Source: Balanoglossus misakiensis
Taxonomy: Eukaryota > Animalia > Hemichordata
Direction: 5' to 3'
Assembly: GCA_040954595.2 (NCBI GenBank)
Contig: CM082582.2
Location: 7,442,063-7,506,062, forward strand
Length of the DNA: 64,000 nt
Under the pieces are notes generated by a model. That model searched no databases and was not told where the DNA came from. It saw only the letters and a list, made by a program, of their open reading frames with translations. Position 1 is the first letter of the stretch. Each line of letters starts with the position of its first letter. Positions 48,882 through 61,733 of the stretch are shown in pieces. The position numbers were made by a program, and so were the translations under genes.

Positions 48882-51558
48882 TTAAAGTTTACTTTTTCCC
48901 TCTGTAAATTCGCTCCTGAGGACGGATTCTTGGGCAATTGACACAGCCAGGGTTCCATCCCGTCTCCACAATCTGCCCAAGTTGAAACCACGTCCCGAGC
49001 CTGCACAAAGATGGTGAACTTTATCAGGTAATGGGTCAGCATATGGCATAGTCATGTTAGCTGGTTTCACGCACATTTCAAGAAGTATCACTAAATTGAA
49101 AGAGATTTTGAGGTAAACAATTTAAAGCTAGTGGGCCTTCAAATAGATGCGTTTCACTTAGAGTTTTTACTCTTCTCCAGGTTTTGTCATTGTTTGCCGT
49201 TGGTGGCGCTATACAGATAGAAGGGCAACTTGTCTGGCGGATCTTACCATAAAATAAGTACTCCCCTAACACAGCTGTATAAAAAAAAATTCATGAAAGC
49301 AGTACCAATATTACCCAGACGGTCTGCATTGTGCTGACATGTTCATGATAGAGTCACAAATTTCCTGTAGAACGGGCCATGAATCCCCCCACCCCACTCC
49401 ACTCCCAGTTCTTGTTTACAAAATGGGACAAACTACCTGAGCGGGGACTCTCACACTCGTACAGCATCCACTCGTCACTTCTGAAAGGCGCGTGGAACCA
49501 CATGGAGTGGTCCAGCGAAGTTATCATGGCCACTGGCACCTTGGGCCGAGCCAGGTATGATGTCGTCGCCAACATCATGTCGGAGAAGTAGGCCGCCACA
49601 CATCGATTCAAAAGTTCGTCATCGCCTGAAATTAATCAAGATTGGTTACAATTGGATTGTCTACCTGTACAATGTCTGGTTTTCAGCCAGAGCATCTTGG
49701 ATGCAATGACTTTTTATTTTATTTTCACATGATGCTTGATCGCCATCTTAAAAGGAGCACTGATTGGCTGATAGACATCATGTGATGAAGCAAATTCACC
49801 AGCTAGCAATGATAGGGATTAAAGGTGGGGGGGGGGGGGGGTGCCTTGCCTATGTCTCCAGAGGCTCGTATCCAGACGACTTTCCTGGGCTCGTCCGTGT
49901 TTTCCAGATCAGGGAGCCTGCTTAGAATGGCCGATGGCAGCATCGATTCCGGGTTGATGGGCTTCACTTCAATGGGCACCTCAGTCGCTCGCCTCTTGCG
50001 CACGTATTCCTGCACCGTGTCCGGCAGATGACTGAGTGAAACACACAGAAAACATTGTGGTAATCTGTGTTGACACCTGACAGGCCATGAATAATATCCC
50101 TGTTCTCTCACTCGCACATTCAGAGAACTTCAAATTCCAAATGTAGGATGCACAGCTATAACATGACAGACAACTATATGCACGTCTGTCAAAAATCTTG
50201 AAAAGACAGACTTGTAATCTCACTGAAAATCCTTCTCTGTCAGAGGGAAGATAATGCAATCTTACGGACTGTTGCAGTTTGTCGCACATCCATTTTAGAT
50301 CAAAACCCATTTCCCTCAAATCACACAGTGTTCATGTCCACATTCACGAAGGACTGGCTCTGCATCTATCAAAGAACATTGAGCTCAAAATCCTACACCC
50401 ATATTGAATTTTGTTTAATTTATCTTACGATCTTACACAATTTTATGTAATCTTACTGAAAATACTTTTCCGTCAGCTCCTGTGCGTTGAGCAATTTCTC
50501 AGGTGGTGGAACCACAGGCATCGTGTACTGATGTTCAAACTGTGAATATTCATTTCTGTGGAACGACGCCTGCATGGTCAAAATAGCATTACCACGCTGC
50601 ACTACACTGACAGATCGGGTCGAGTAGCTCTGGCCGTCGCGAACTCTCTCCACTTGGAACATAATCGGACGGGTATGCAGTCCTGGTGGTGGTTGAATGA
50701 ATTAAAAGATAGATTACAAGCCATATAGGAAAAAGCAAAAAGTAAACTTTTATAAAAAAAAAAACATCCATGCATTTTATCGCAGGCAAGTAGTTAGGAT
50801 GCTCCCTCTCATTGGTAGAGCAAAAAGACATTTCTCGTCTTATAGAAAGATACTTGGTACATGTATGTCACCGTTGAAGCAAAGTTTCTTAGTAAAAGAA
50901 GAAATTTCAGAGGACCAAAGACATTAATTTATTTTTATGTGAGAATCGATACTGTCCGAAGTCAATGTCCCAGTACTGATACGTTTGTATGTAACTTGTT
51001 CCATCCATTTTCCTCCAGCTCATTCAGTCACGTTGCAATAAACCAAAATCTCACCTCGTCTAACGAAGTAGGCGTGCAGTGAGTGTACATGGAGTTCGGG
51101 GTCAACAGTTTTCCCTGCAGCCACCAGGGCTTGACCTATGACCTGACCTCCATACAGACCCCGCGTGTTCATAGGCGGCTTCCAGTGGTTGCTGCTTCTG
51201 AAGATGCAAGTGAAATGTTCATGTTCGACCTGTTCAACTCACATATTCATTCAGAGTAGTACCCACTTTTACGTTCCGTACTCTGTACATAGCAAGCATG
51301 ACGCAAACGCATGTATCCGTACTGCGAATGACCGTGGTACAAGTCAAACACCAAAGTCCACTCCATGCCATGGTCACTTCCGAGTCCACCACACACAGTC
51401 CCTCCCTACGTTGTGCGGTTCACAATTTATAATTACACGTACCTGTACAGATTGACATCCAGTTCTTCTAAATTAAGGATAGTGTGAACTAAGACATTGC
51501 GTAAATTTTCACCGGTTTTCGGCTTGCTTTCATCTTTGCTCTCTTCTGTTGCTGCCAT
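48882..51558 (-). CDS. ACOT8: Peroxisomal acyl-CoA thioesterase 8 (TesB type), paralogue 1
   Basis: Exons 51558-51443, 51197-51055, 50682-50457, 50031-49850, 49625-49437, 49000-48882. LYGGQVIGQALVAA, VHSLHAYF, VERVRDGQSYSTRSV, AYFSD, SLDHSMWFH, AQES; ends in SKL (PTS1). Intron 4 has a GC donor. Confidence 0.93.
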
Positions 51559-52190
51559 CTCGTGATCTCGCTGACCCTGCTCTATCGGTATCGTGGTCGA
51601 CCTTTGACCCGTAGGCAATCCCCGATTGGCCGACCGAGGGCGCTCTCGAAATATCACAAGTATCGAGAAACTACGGATAATTACTGCAGTTTTTGAACCA
51701 CGCACAAATTTCACGTAAAATTTCGTTACCTGGTCGTAAAAGCGAACAAACTTATGTCACTTTAAACGAGTCTAGCGAAATCTAGCGGAAAGTCATCTAT
51801 TGTGAAAGGCATGATTTGCCTATTGATGTTGAGAAAGTATGTGCATTTACGAGAACAAGGAATTTGTTTATTCGCATAAGAGTACATTGCGAATTGCTAG
51901 AAATCCCATTTCAACTAATAAGGATAGTCATCGAGATTTGTTACTACACGAATTTCAACACTAAATCACACAAGTTGTTTTAATTAGTAAATTGGAAGTC
52001 AAAATGATTGTTCGAAGCACTGCAAAAGTGCATGTCAGGTGACCACTGTATAATACATATTGCACATGATCGAGTTACCCTATGCATCTGGGCTTAAATC
52101 ACACAATTCTGCATGTCCCGTACGAGAACGAACTTTTGTCTCCAGCAGGACGTTTTAAACTTGTGCGCTATATGTTGTGTCACTTTTTAT

Positions 52191-54804
52191 TCACATTTTA
52201 CTCTCCCTGAGAACACACTCTTGTGCTATTGACATGGCCAATGTTCCATTTCGCGTCCAAAACCTGCCCACGACAAAACCACGCCCTCTACCTGTACAAT
52301 GAAAATAAAGAATGGTGCATGTTGATTTGGGAGTTTTTAAGAGACGCATAAATTGTTCATCCTGTCGGTTGGCACCCACACTGAAAAAAACCCACCAAAG
52401 CCTAGTAGCTTTTTTTTGTACGGAACATCCCCATGCATGACCCAAAGCAATCTGATTAAAATCAAAAACCCAGTCGCCGTTCCCTACATCTGATTTTAAT
52501 CAGATTGGACCCAAAGCCGAAGAGGAAGACTACAGACTACGTTACAATTGATTGATATTTCACCTGAGCGTGGACTCATGACTTCAAATAACATCCACTC
52601 GTCACTTCTGAACGGTGCATGGAACCAGACGGAGTGATCTAAAGACAGTGGCAGATATGTCGTGGCTTTCTCGGGCTTGGCTTGGGTCACCGTTATGTTT
52701 GGATAAAAGTCGGAGCAGTAGGCTGCCAAACACCGGTGTACAAGTCCGTCGTCACCTGTCATCGAAAAAGAACCATAGGACATCAAAAACAGTACGTAAG
52801 TCACCAAACTATTTGTATCGTGCACCTATGGAGTGCAGCCGTACTATTCTGTGCGGCGTGAAATATTAGTATACAGTCACTCAAATATTCTCCATTCCCA
52901 TCAATCACTCCAAGCTCAATACTTTTATGTGAACAGGACATTAAAACGTGAAAGTGTGACTGCGACTATTCGATGGCAAGCAGCCATCAGACTGAGAAGA
53001 ATAGAATGATTTTGCCATCCATACTAATATTTTATCTTTTATAATTGGCCGTGTGGCGGAGGCCGGGTGGTCTTGACAACACAACTTAGAGACCACCAAC
53101 ACACGCTGGGTACACTCTTACCTACATCTCCTTCAACCTTAATCCACATAACAGTTCTAGGTTTTTCTGTACGCTCCAAATATTTACGGTGAATTGGAAA
53201 GGGTAATGCAGCAATCTCGGGATACACATATCTTCTTTCTATTGGCACGTCGGCTTCTTCTCTTCTCCCGACCAGTGCTTGCATATTACCCGGAAGCTGA
53301 CTAGAAGTAGCACACAACATTGAGAACAGTTAAAACGACTAGAGAGAGCATTTTTTTCTTTCTTTCGTAGGTTGCAGCTACACCCACACAGATATACGGT
53401 CACCTGTAATTTACATACATTGTATGCTCTTGTATGGTCAAAATGTAAGTCTTCAAATGATAACGTGGCGACGCACTATTTTTTTCTCGTGTGCCACCCA
53501 CTGTAAATCTGTTGATTGGTCGTATTTCAATGTTCCACAGTAACAGTAACATTACACCTTTTAATAGTCTAAGCAAGAACGTAACTCACTCATAATACTT
53601 GGCCCCTATCTCTTCTGCAGTGGGCACCTCTTCAGGTGGTGGTGCTACAGGCATGGTATACTGGTGTTGAAATTGTGAGAATTCCTCTCTATGAAATGAC
53701 GCTTGCATGGTGAACATTATTTTCCCGTCCTGCTTCGCGGACACTGTTCTTGTGGCGAAGTTTCTACCATCCCTGATGCGCTCTACTTGGTATAGTATCG
53801 GGCAGGAGTTTTGCCCTGGCAATAAAGAGGAATGGAGATCCTCATTACCTTAAATATGTTTTTGCTAGTCAAGCAGAAACCAAGTATAAAAAGTTGAAAC
53901 TTCACATTGATAGGATTAGCATATTGGTCATACTGCACCTGGTCTGACAAAGTACGAATGCAGCGAATGCACGTGGAGCTGCGGGTCGACAGTTTTTCCA
54001 GCAGCCAACAGAGCTTGCGATACGAACTGTCCTCCAAACAAAATCATACTGTTAAGCAGGGGCTTCCAGTGGTTTTTGCTCCTGTCAAGAGAAAGGCCAA
54101 TTATTTATAAAGCCTAACCAACTTCTACTCTTGCAACGAATGCACGTTTTTTTCCCCAGCAGCCAACAGACCTTGAGCCAAGATCTGTCCTCCACACAAA
54201 ATAATTTGTTGTTACAATGGGGCACAATATTCTATAGGGCCTTTATGCAAATAAATATTACAATATTCTATAGAAAAATAACATTGTTCAACAAGACACT
54301 CAAGGAGGCCATGCCACCATCACAAACATGAAAGGTTCCATACAGTCCCAGCATACAGCATCCAATCCAATTTTTCACTCCCGGAAGACTGCTATCATGC
54401 CGTGAACTCTATACCTACATGCGACTTATTTGCAATGGCAGATATATGATAGGAACCACAACAACTTAGAACTTAGAGTTACTCGATTCTTAGTCAATTG
54501 CCAATATGAAGGTAAATTGTGAGTTATCGGTTATTTGTGATCACCGCGGTGCTCTGAATTACGTCCACTGTGAAATCACGCGGACCTTAATTGCACAGTC
54601 AGTGTTCACGTTTCTATTCCAAAGGTCGGATATCAAAATAATCATTTGTCCTAATCGACTGGGGTTTTTTTACCTGAACAGATTCAAATCCACTTCCTCC
54701 AAAGAAAGGATTTCATCCACCAATATGTGGCTCGCCCTGGCACTCATGTTTTTTCTGGTTTCACCCGCTACTAGTTGTACTACAGACTTCGCCAGGTATC
54801 TCAT
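52191..54804 (-). CDS. ACOT8: Peroxisomal acyl-CoA thioesterase 8-like, paralogue 2
   Basis: Exons 54804-54674, 54081-53939, 53815-53590, 53300-53122, 52755-52564, 52291-52191, with the same intron positions as paralogue 1. [40 protein letters not shown]; ends in SKM (PTS1 variant). AATAAA on minus strand at 51867-51872. Confidence 0.92.
53398..53565 (+). repeat. Short dispersed repeat, copy A
   Basis: Shares collinear blocks GGTCACCT..AATTTACATA, GTGCCACCCACTG, GATTGG and GTAAC with 57991-58167, at matching offsets (93 vs 92 and 142 vs 140). Confidence 0.7.
54125..54210 (-). pseudogene. Decayed duplicate of ACOT8 exon 2 inside intron 1 of paralogue 2
   Basis: Reads [27 protein letters not shown]-stop versus [32 protein letters not shown] in the adjacent functional exon. 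It has an internal deletion and a TAG, and I see no clear splice sites. Confidence 0.8.
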
Positions 54805-55014
54805 GGTGACCTTTTGCTCACTGCAACCTTTGAACTAGTTAAACACGTCCTGCCCCGGTACGTGACAAGAGCTGGTGCACAACTATGCGTGTAGATGTGT
54901 AGGCCCTATAAGATATGTTTCAAATTTCCCTTTTCTGCTCTTTTCCATCGACGGAAAGCTTAGTGGACCCAGAAACATTTCCGAATTGCACGGTGTCGCT
55001 TGTATCGGGCGGTG

Positions 55015-55052
55015 AGGGAGGGAGGGAGGGAGGGAGGGAGGGGAGGGAGGGA
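55015..55052. repeat. (GGGA)n tract
   Basis: Visible G-rich tetranucleotide repeat between the ACOT8 paralogue 2 start and the channel 3' end. Confidence 0.85.
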
Positions 55053-55518
55053 AAGCTTTGTGTTTTTATTGTAATTATCAACGTATTAATTAGTCAATTG
55101 CTTTAATAAAACATATTTATTAAAATTTAATCTTTGTCTCGATCGCCAGCCCGACAAATGCACAGAAATGTGTGCATTTATCCATTATATTATTGATCGA
55201 AACGTGAACCGTGGACATTTTTTTCTGCGTTTAACAAGTCTCACGAAATCTCACACCGAACGGAAAATCATCTATTAGCACTATAAGTCGCGAGATATAC
55301 AATAAATGTAAGATGAAACTGTTGTATATAGCTCAACATCTGGTCAATACACTGCATATTTACAAACTTAATGAACGTTAACATAAATGACGTTTTTTTT
55401 TTAAATCACTGCACTGACTTTACAGTCGTACATTTTGCAGTCAGTGTCACGTTACTTTATAGTAATAAAAGCTCAATTCAAAATTGCTTAGATCATTTTA
55501 TTGGGGGGTTCGGAATGT

Positions 55519-58500
55519 TCACCTTCGCTTCAAAGCTGTAACGATGTAGTATACAACCTCAAACAGTTCAAACAAGGTCATGAGTGAGAGGCCGATGAAC
55601 AGCCCTAGAGCGCCACCTATGTCGCTTATAAGCTGGAAAACCTGAAACAAAAGTCAAGAGGAAAATTAGATTTCAGTCAAGCATAGAATTCATAAGCTGT
55701 GACACATATTAATATAGACAAAACAAAACAAAGCAAAACCAAACAAACAAAAGAAAGTCATGACTTTTTTAATCGGGAAAGGTGGTAACACACGGACTTA
55801 TCATTATTGCACGAAAACCGTATGGGTGACTTTTACATACTCTTTATGGCCGTAAATAGTAAACCCTCAGAAGCATCAGCCCTCCCCTCCCCTCCCAGGC
55901 CCTAGGAAATAACGAGACACTACCGACCTCGAATTCTGGGTATTCCTCAATTTTGTTGTAGTTCAACTCATTAAAGTAGACTTCTAGACTCACAAGGTTT
56001 TCTCTGAAATTAAATGATTTCGAAATCTAGGTTCCTCGTGGATACGGAGAAGGATTGTCTATCAAGATAACCACACTGCAGATAACGTGGATTGTGAAAA
56101 GTGGGCACTTGTGTCCCCTTAAAGCATTTCCAGAAATTCATGTGTGCTTCCCGTTTCATGTCAGTCCACGTGAGAAGCAAATTCCTAAGTTAGCCTTGGG
56201 ATAAAGTATTTAAACTGCTTTGGACGCCATCTTGTACCAATGACTGCACACTGCGCACGCGCATAAACGAGAGACATTTTTAGATGAGACTCACCTGGCA
56301 CTGAATTTGTCGTTGATGTTGAAGGTTTTGTTGTTGACTGTGTGAATAATTTTGAGCAGATTACTCTGTGTAGATGGAGATGCGCAGAGAAACACAAACA
56401 GATAAAAAACACATCTAAATGTAAGATTTGGTATTTTGAGCATACAGATATCAGTGGAGACACGCACGAAAAACTTCAGGAGATAGGTAAGGTAACACAC
56501 AAAAATAATCAACAACAATGTTACGTTCACTTACAAGATATTGATTTGATGGCCACAGTGCCATTGATAGTTTTTCTCCGTAATATTTCCCCCTGTGGAG
56601 CGATGTAATTAAAAGTGTCATTAAAATCATATTAAAGGTCAAAGAAAATAAAATACATTTAGCGTTATTGTCAAGAATTTGAACAAGTTTCCAGATGTAT
56701 TTACTTGTGGTTATCTAGATGTTATGACGTCATCACTTACCGACAAGACTGTGGACATTTACATGGCAACAGGTCTTCTTGGTGAAAGTAATACATTATC
56801 TGTTTACACATGTCTACGAGAACAGAACACATATACAAAGCAGCTGTAGGCCCTATCTCTGCTCCATCAAATTAAATATTCGGTTTTGATGTCAAAAAAA
56901 TTACATGCTATTTGAAAAGTTGATACGGAGTAAGTCCAGTTCTCAGAGGAAATGCGTTTCCATGACATGCAAACAGAATCCATTTTAATAGTCGCAAATT
57001 AGCCTACGTACCCTGCGTTTTGTTGAGAATCTGGCACCTTTGGGCGTCCATCTCAAACGTATCCACGCAGCCGCAGTATTTCAGCATATGGCGTTGTACG
57101 CAAGCGCTTTGGCACGCCTTTGAAAACGAATGAATGAAATGCAAGCATGTGAACGAAAGGTAAATCTATCTCACCCCATGTATACACCATTGCAAAAAAA
57201 AACCAAAAAAAAAAAACCGGCAGAGTGATGTAGTGTGAAGGGTTCCACATCATCACTGAGCACAGGAACTTATTTTCTGTATCCAATGCTAACTTTCTTG
57301 AGATTTGGTTTTAACCTTTATCTCCACAGTCTTGACTCAATAGACAAAATAATGAATTATAAAAATGAAGTCGTTTTCTAATTTGTATTTCTTTCCACGT
57401 GTACAGTGTACTAAGAAACAAGGCACAGTCTGAGTGTACAAGCGATTAAGAAAGAGACGGTACTCACCGCCACAGAGTATTGCCGCCCGTGTAATGTTTT
57501 CTCGAGGTCTTCTTGGCTGTTACCGTACGTGCAGTTGCCATACGGATGCGACTTTCTAATCAAAACATGCTGAAAATGTAAATCATTGGAGAGTGAGAAT
57601 AGCAGAAGGACCAGATCTGAAAAACTGTGACAGTCATTGACGTACTAACCCGTACAAACACGACAAGGAAAATGTAGTTTTACCTCTCGTAGACCAATGC
57701 TTGTCTCAATTCCAGGCTGCACCGTCACTCCGTCCTCTAAGTTTATGTATTCAGACTCTTCGGGCGGCGTTATGGTAACCCGTATCCCGGACTGGCGTCC
57801 GTAGATACTGATATACTCGGCTTGTTCTGTGAACAGCGTCAACTTGAGACCGTAATGGGGTCCCGTTCGACTGACATAGAATGGTTCCTGCTCACTGCGC
57901 GCTCCCGGGAATGTGTAGCAGTTGCCGTAGCGATCGTCTTGAAACGCGGAAAAATTACTGAAATCAAACGGTGGCAGCGTACGATTAGGTGGTCACCTCC
58001 AATTTACATATGTTCACAAATGACAAAAAATGGCGTATCCGAGTGTTCCATAGAACATATGGTGGCACTCTTTTTTTCACTTGTGCCACCCACTGAACAT
58101 CTGTGATTGGCTAGATCTCAGTTTGCCATGGTAACTGCGGCTGAATTTCCATAGGTGTGCCTTTAATAACCATTGAAACACGAAGAAGCGTTACGTAAGG
58201 TACCTTGGGTAACATTTCTGTTGGTTGAAAGTGCACGTCAGAATCAAGTCTTCGGCTTGGTGTCCGAGTGTTCTGATCTCTTCGGCTTCGAGTTTCAGCA
58301 CCTCTTCCAGGTCACTGTAGTCTGGGGTTGAACTGAACGTGAGGAAACCATTCCAGTCGGGAGGGTCCTCTCCCTTGACTCGGTCAAACCCTCGATCCCT
58401 GTAAAAATTCTCTTCGAAATCCCTGTACTTTCTCGTGTCGCTGGTGAGAGTGAGAAATGGGTCTCGCCAACCTGCCGTGAATACGTCTTCAAACGCCGGC

Positions 58501-61500
58501 ACTGAATCAAGAGAAGGGGTTGTAGGCTAAGGGAATGGTTCAAGAAGTGCGGTCGACGCGACGCTGCCTTCATATTTGACCATATCTTGGATTATAATGC
58601 TGCTGCACCACCACAATCACCACCCCCATCGTCATCATCACCGCCACAGACCACCACACCATCATAATCATTATAATCACCACCACCACCACCACCACCA
58701 CCACCACCACCACCACCACCAGTATCATCATCATCATCAACATCGTCGACTGGGGACTTTTAAGGTTTCCTTGTTGGACAGAGAAAGAAAGGCGTTGAGG
58801 GCAGTGATTGAAGATACGATGATTAAATAGGAACGGCAGTTTGGATTTTTGCTCGGAAAGTTTGGACCATAGACCCGCATCAGGGTCCATGCTTGGACTG
58901 ACACGTGAGAATAAATGGTGAAAAAATCCTAATATTCGAGTGTTTTTGTTCACCAGTTGCTGTTTATGCCATCTGAAGCAGCGATTACCCTCTCAATCCA
59001 ATTGATATCGATAACACGCCTAGACAAACGAAAAGAACATACCCGAATGTGAGCAATTGGCTTCATCGCTGTAATCCTCGCAATTCATGTTGGTATCACA
59101 GTTTGAATACAGGTGCGCACACTGCCCATCGGAGCACGTGAAACCATCGCAAACCTGTACGGTGCTCGGAGTGTCTGCAGAATCAAAAGTAATACAAGAA
59201 ATGTTACTTATAATGTTATTTCTCTTCTAAAACGCTTTCTCCAGGTTAGTACAATGTTCCTAGCGAACAGTGTTCATCTTTATTCTCATACCTGGAGGAG
59301 AACTTGTGTCACCTTCACCGACTACTGTTGTCGGCATATCATCGGGATCTGGGGACACAGACGAGACTTCTCCTTCCGGGAGAGGGAGAGAGAAGGGGAT
59401 TGCATTTCCAGGAACGTTACGACCGCAGATTTCTGGGTCCTCGTCTTCACCGAACGGGCAGTCGATGACGTCGTTGCACATGTCCAACTCAGTCAAACAC
59501 TTCGAACCATCGAAACAACAGAAGGGACCAGCTGGTTAATAAAAGGGCAAAACTTTGGTGTTAAATACGGGTTACCAGTTCAGAAGTTGTTATTGTGCGT
59601 GTAGCGCTGATGTCGACAATTGTAACCAAACTGAGACCGAACGACCAAGGAAGCTAGTCGTTTAGATCACAGCAGCTATAATTAAAGGGCGACGACCGTC
59701 TTATGCGCATGTGCCTAATCAGAGACTCTGGTTGCAAAAATTATATACAATAAATGCAATAAGGCAGTTTGCTGTCCCATCATCGGTCAAAATGGCGGCG
59801 ATTGGGATTAAACATTTTCCCCAGCGAAGAGAGAATTAACATTTTAAGTTCTCCTATACCTTGTGAGGTAATGTCATTGGCGGAATCTTCCGGGACAGAT
59901 AAATCCACGGCGGGTCCAAATACATGTATAGAATTAAAAGACAATCCGCCGCACATTTCTGGGTCTTCGTCTTCACCGAACGAGCAATCGATTACGTCGT
60001 TACATAAGTCTAACTCTGTCAAGCACTTCGAACCATCGTAACAGCAGAAGGGACCAGCTGGTGGATAAAACGTCACGTTATTACAAAGAATTCTTGCTTG
60101 GGGGAACTTAATACGATTTTTATACATTACGTTCTCATATAAATATGTTTACTTTGAAAAAAAGGCGAGGAAAAAACAAAGGACACATTTCTCACCGGGT
60201 TGGCATCCTGCTGGCTCGTCCGAGGCGTCTGTGCAATCTTCGACAGAATCACACACCCACGAGGCGGGGATACACTGAGTTCCATTATCACAGGAAAATG
60301 TCGTGCATTCTTTGGAAAAAGGGAAGATATACATTTCAAATGCGTGAGAATAGAAATATAACAAGTGACGTAACTGCCGAGACCTCCACGCAAATTGATT
60401 TTCTTGATGGAGAAAATGATTTAGTTTACCAAAACCAACAGAAATTGCCCCCTCTAGGTTTAATCCCTACTGGAGCGGGAAACGGCACACCAAGTCTCTG
60501 TGTGTGGGAGGGGAGGGAGAGATTGCTAAAAGTAAGAGTAGTTTCTTACCACAGCCTGTTTCATCAGAACCGTCAGAGCAGTCTATATAATTGTCACATT
60601 GATACCAACCAGGAAAACAGGTCCCGTCATCACACGCGAACTCGTCACTTGTACAGACACCTAATGAGATTTTGAAAAAAAAAATATTAAAACGGGGTGC
60701 ATTTTGAAAATTTAAAGCAAAACTTATGATTTGCACAATGTGGAGATACTGAACTTCTCATTTGCAGTTAATTGATATTGATTACGATTATACCTGTTAG
60801 AGGCTCTGAGCCTTGTCCCGATCCTGCACCATTCCCACAACTTTCATTTTCATCCACGCCACCAATACAGTCAGGGTAACCATCACAAACCCAGTACATG
60901 GGTATGCATTGTTCTTCACACGCAAACTCCTCGTCCGCACACCCTTGAATAGGGTCACCTGAAAATATTTCAAATTTTATACATTACATACAAAGGAACA
61001 TCTTTTTTACACTGTGCGACGCGTCTCTCTGATACGTGTAAATTCTACCTGTCTTAATTAACTTCTTTACTCTTTGTGGTCGTTTCTTCAACGATTTTCT
61101 GACGTCACTGTCGTATGGTGGCATCGAAGTGCTCGTCTGCTAACTGTATTCATTTTTGTTCACCAATGGATAGAAAAATACTTTACGTTGACAGATGTCT
61201 TCATCCGATTGATCCAGGCAGTCTGGATAGCCGTCACACACGTATGACCCCGGAATACATGTTCTTCCGCCATCGCATGGAAACTCCAAGCATTCTCCTG
61301 CGTTAAAAATAAAAAGACACACATGTATGAAAGCTGCTTTGATTGTCCTGTTTTATCACACGAGAATACTCTTCAATAAAAACTCCCTGATCACGCGAGA
61401 TCTTGCAAGATCTGGTGGAGTTCGGAAAAGGGTCTATCGGCATACAATTTTTCCTAGCGCCCACCATTAAATACCGGCGTTATCAAACCAGCGAGCGACG

Positions 61501-61685
61501 AACATGTCCCCGATCTTACCCTCGCATGAGCGTTCATCGCTGCCGTCAGTGCAGTCTTCGGTTCCGTCACAGACCTTGCTCTTGAGTATACATCCGCCTC
61601 TGAAGGTGCATCGAAACTCGCGGGGTTTGCATTCTGTGGAGAAGACGGAATGTGAGTGGTTAATGCAATAGGCAGAGAGGGGAGC

Positions 61686-61733
<48 letters not shown>

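Noticed and set aside
58570-58953. Poly-His and poly-Val ORFs
   Set aside because: Translation of the intronic CAC/CAT microsatellite.
61049-61186. Possible stop read-through extension of LDLa exon 4 (in-frame TAG-C at 61142-61140, then an open frame to a phase-1 donor near 61049)
   Set aside because: The normal donor after 61187 already gives a clean phase-1 junction, and the extension is not domain-like; probably chance.
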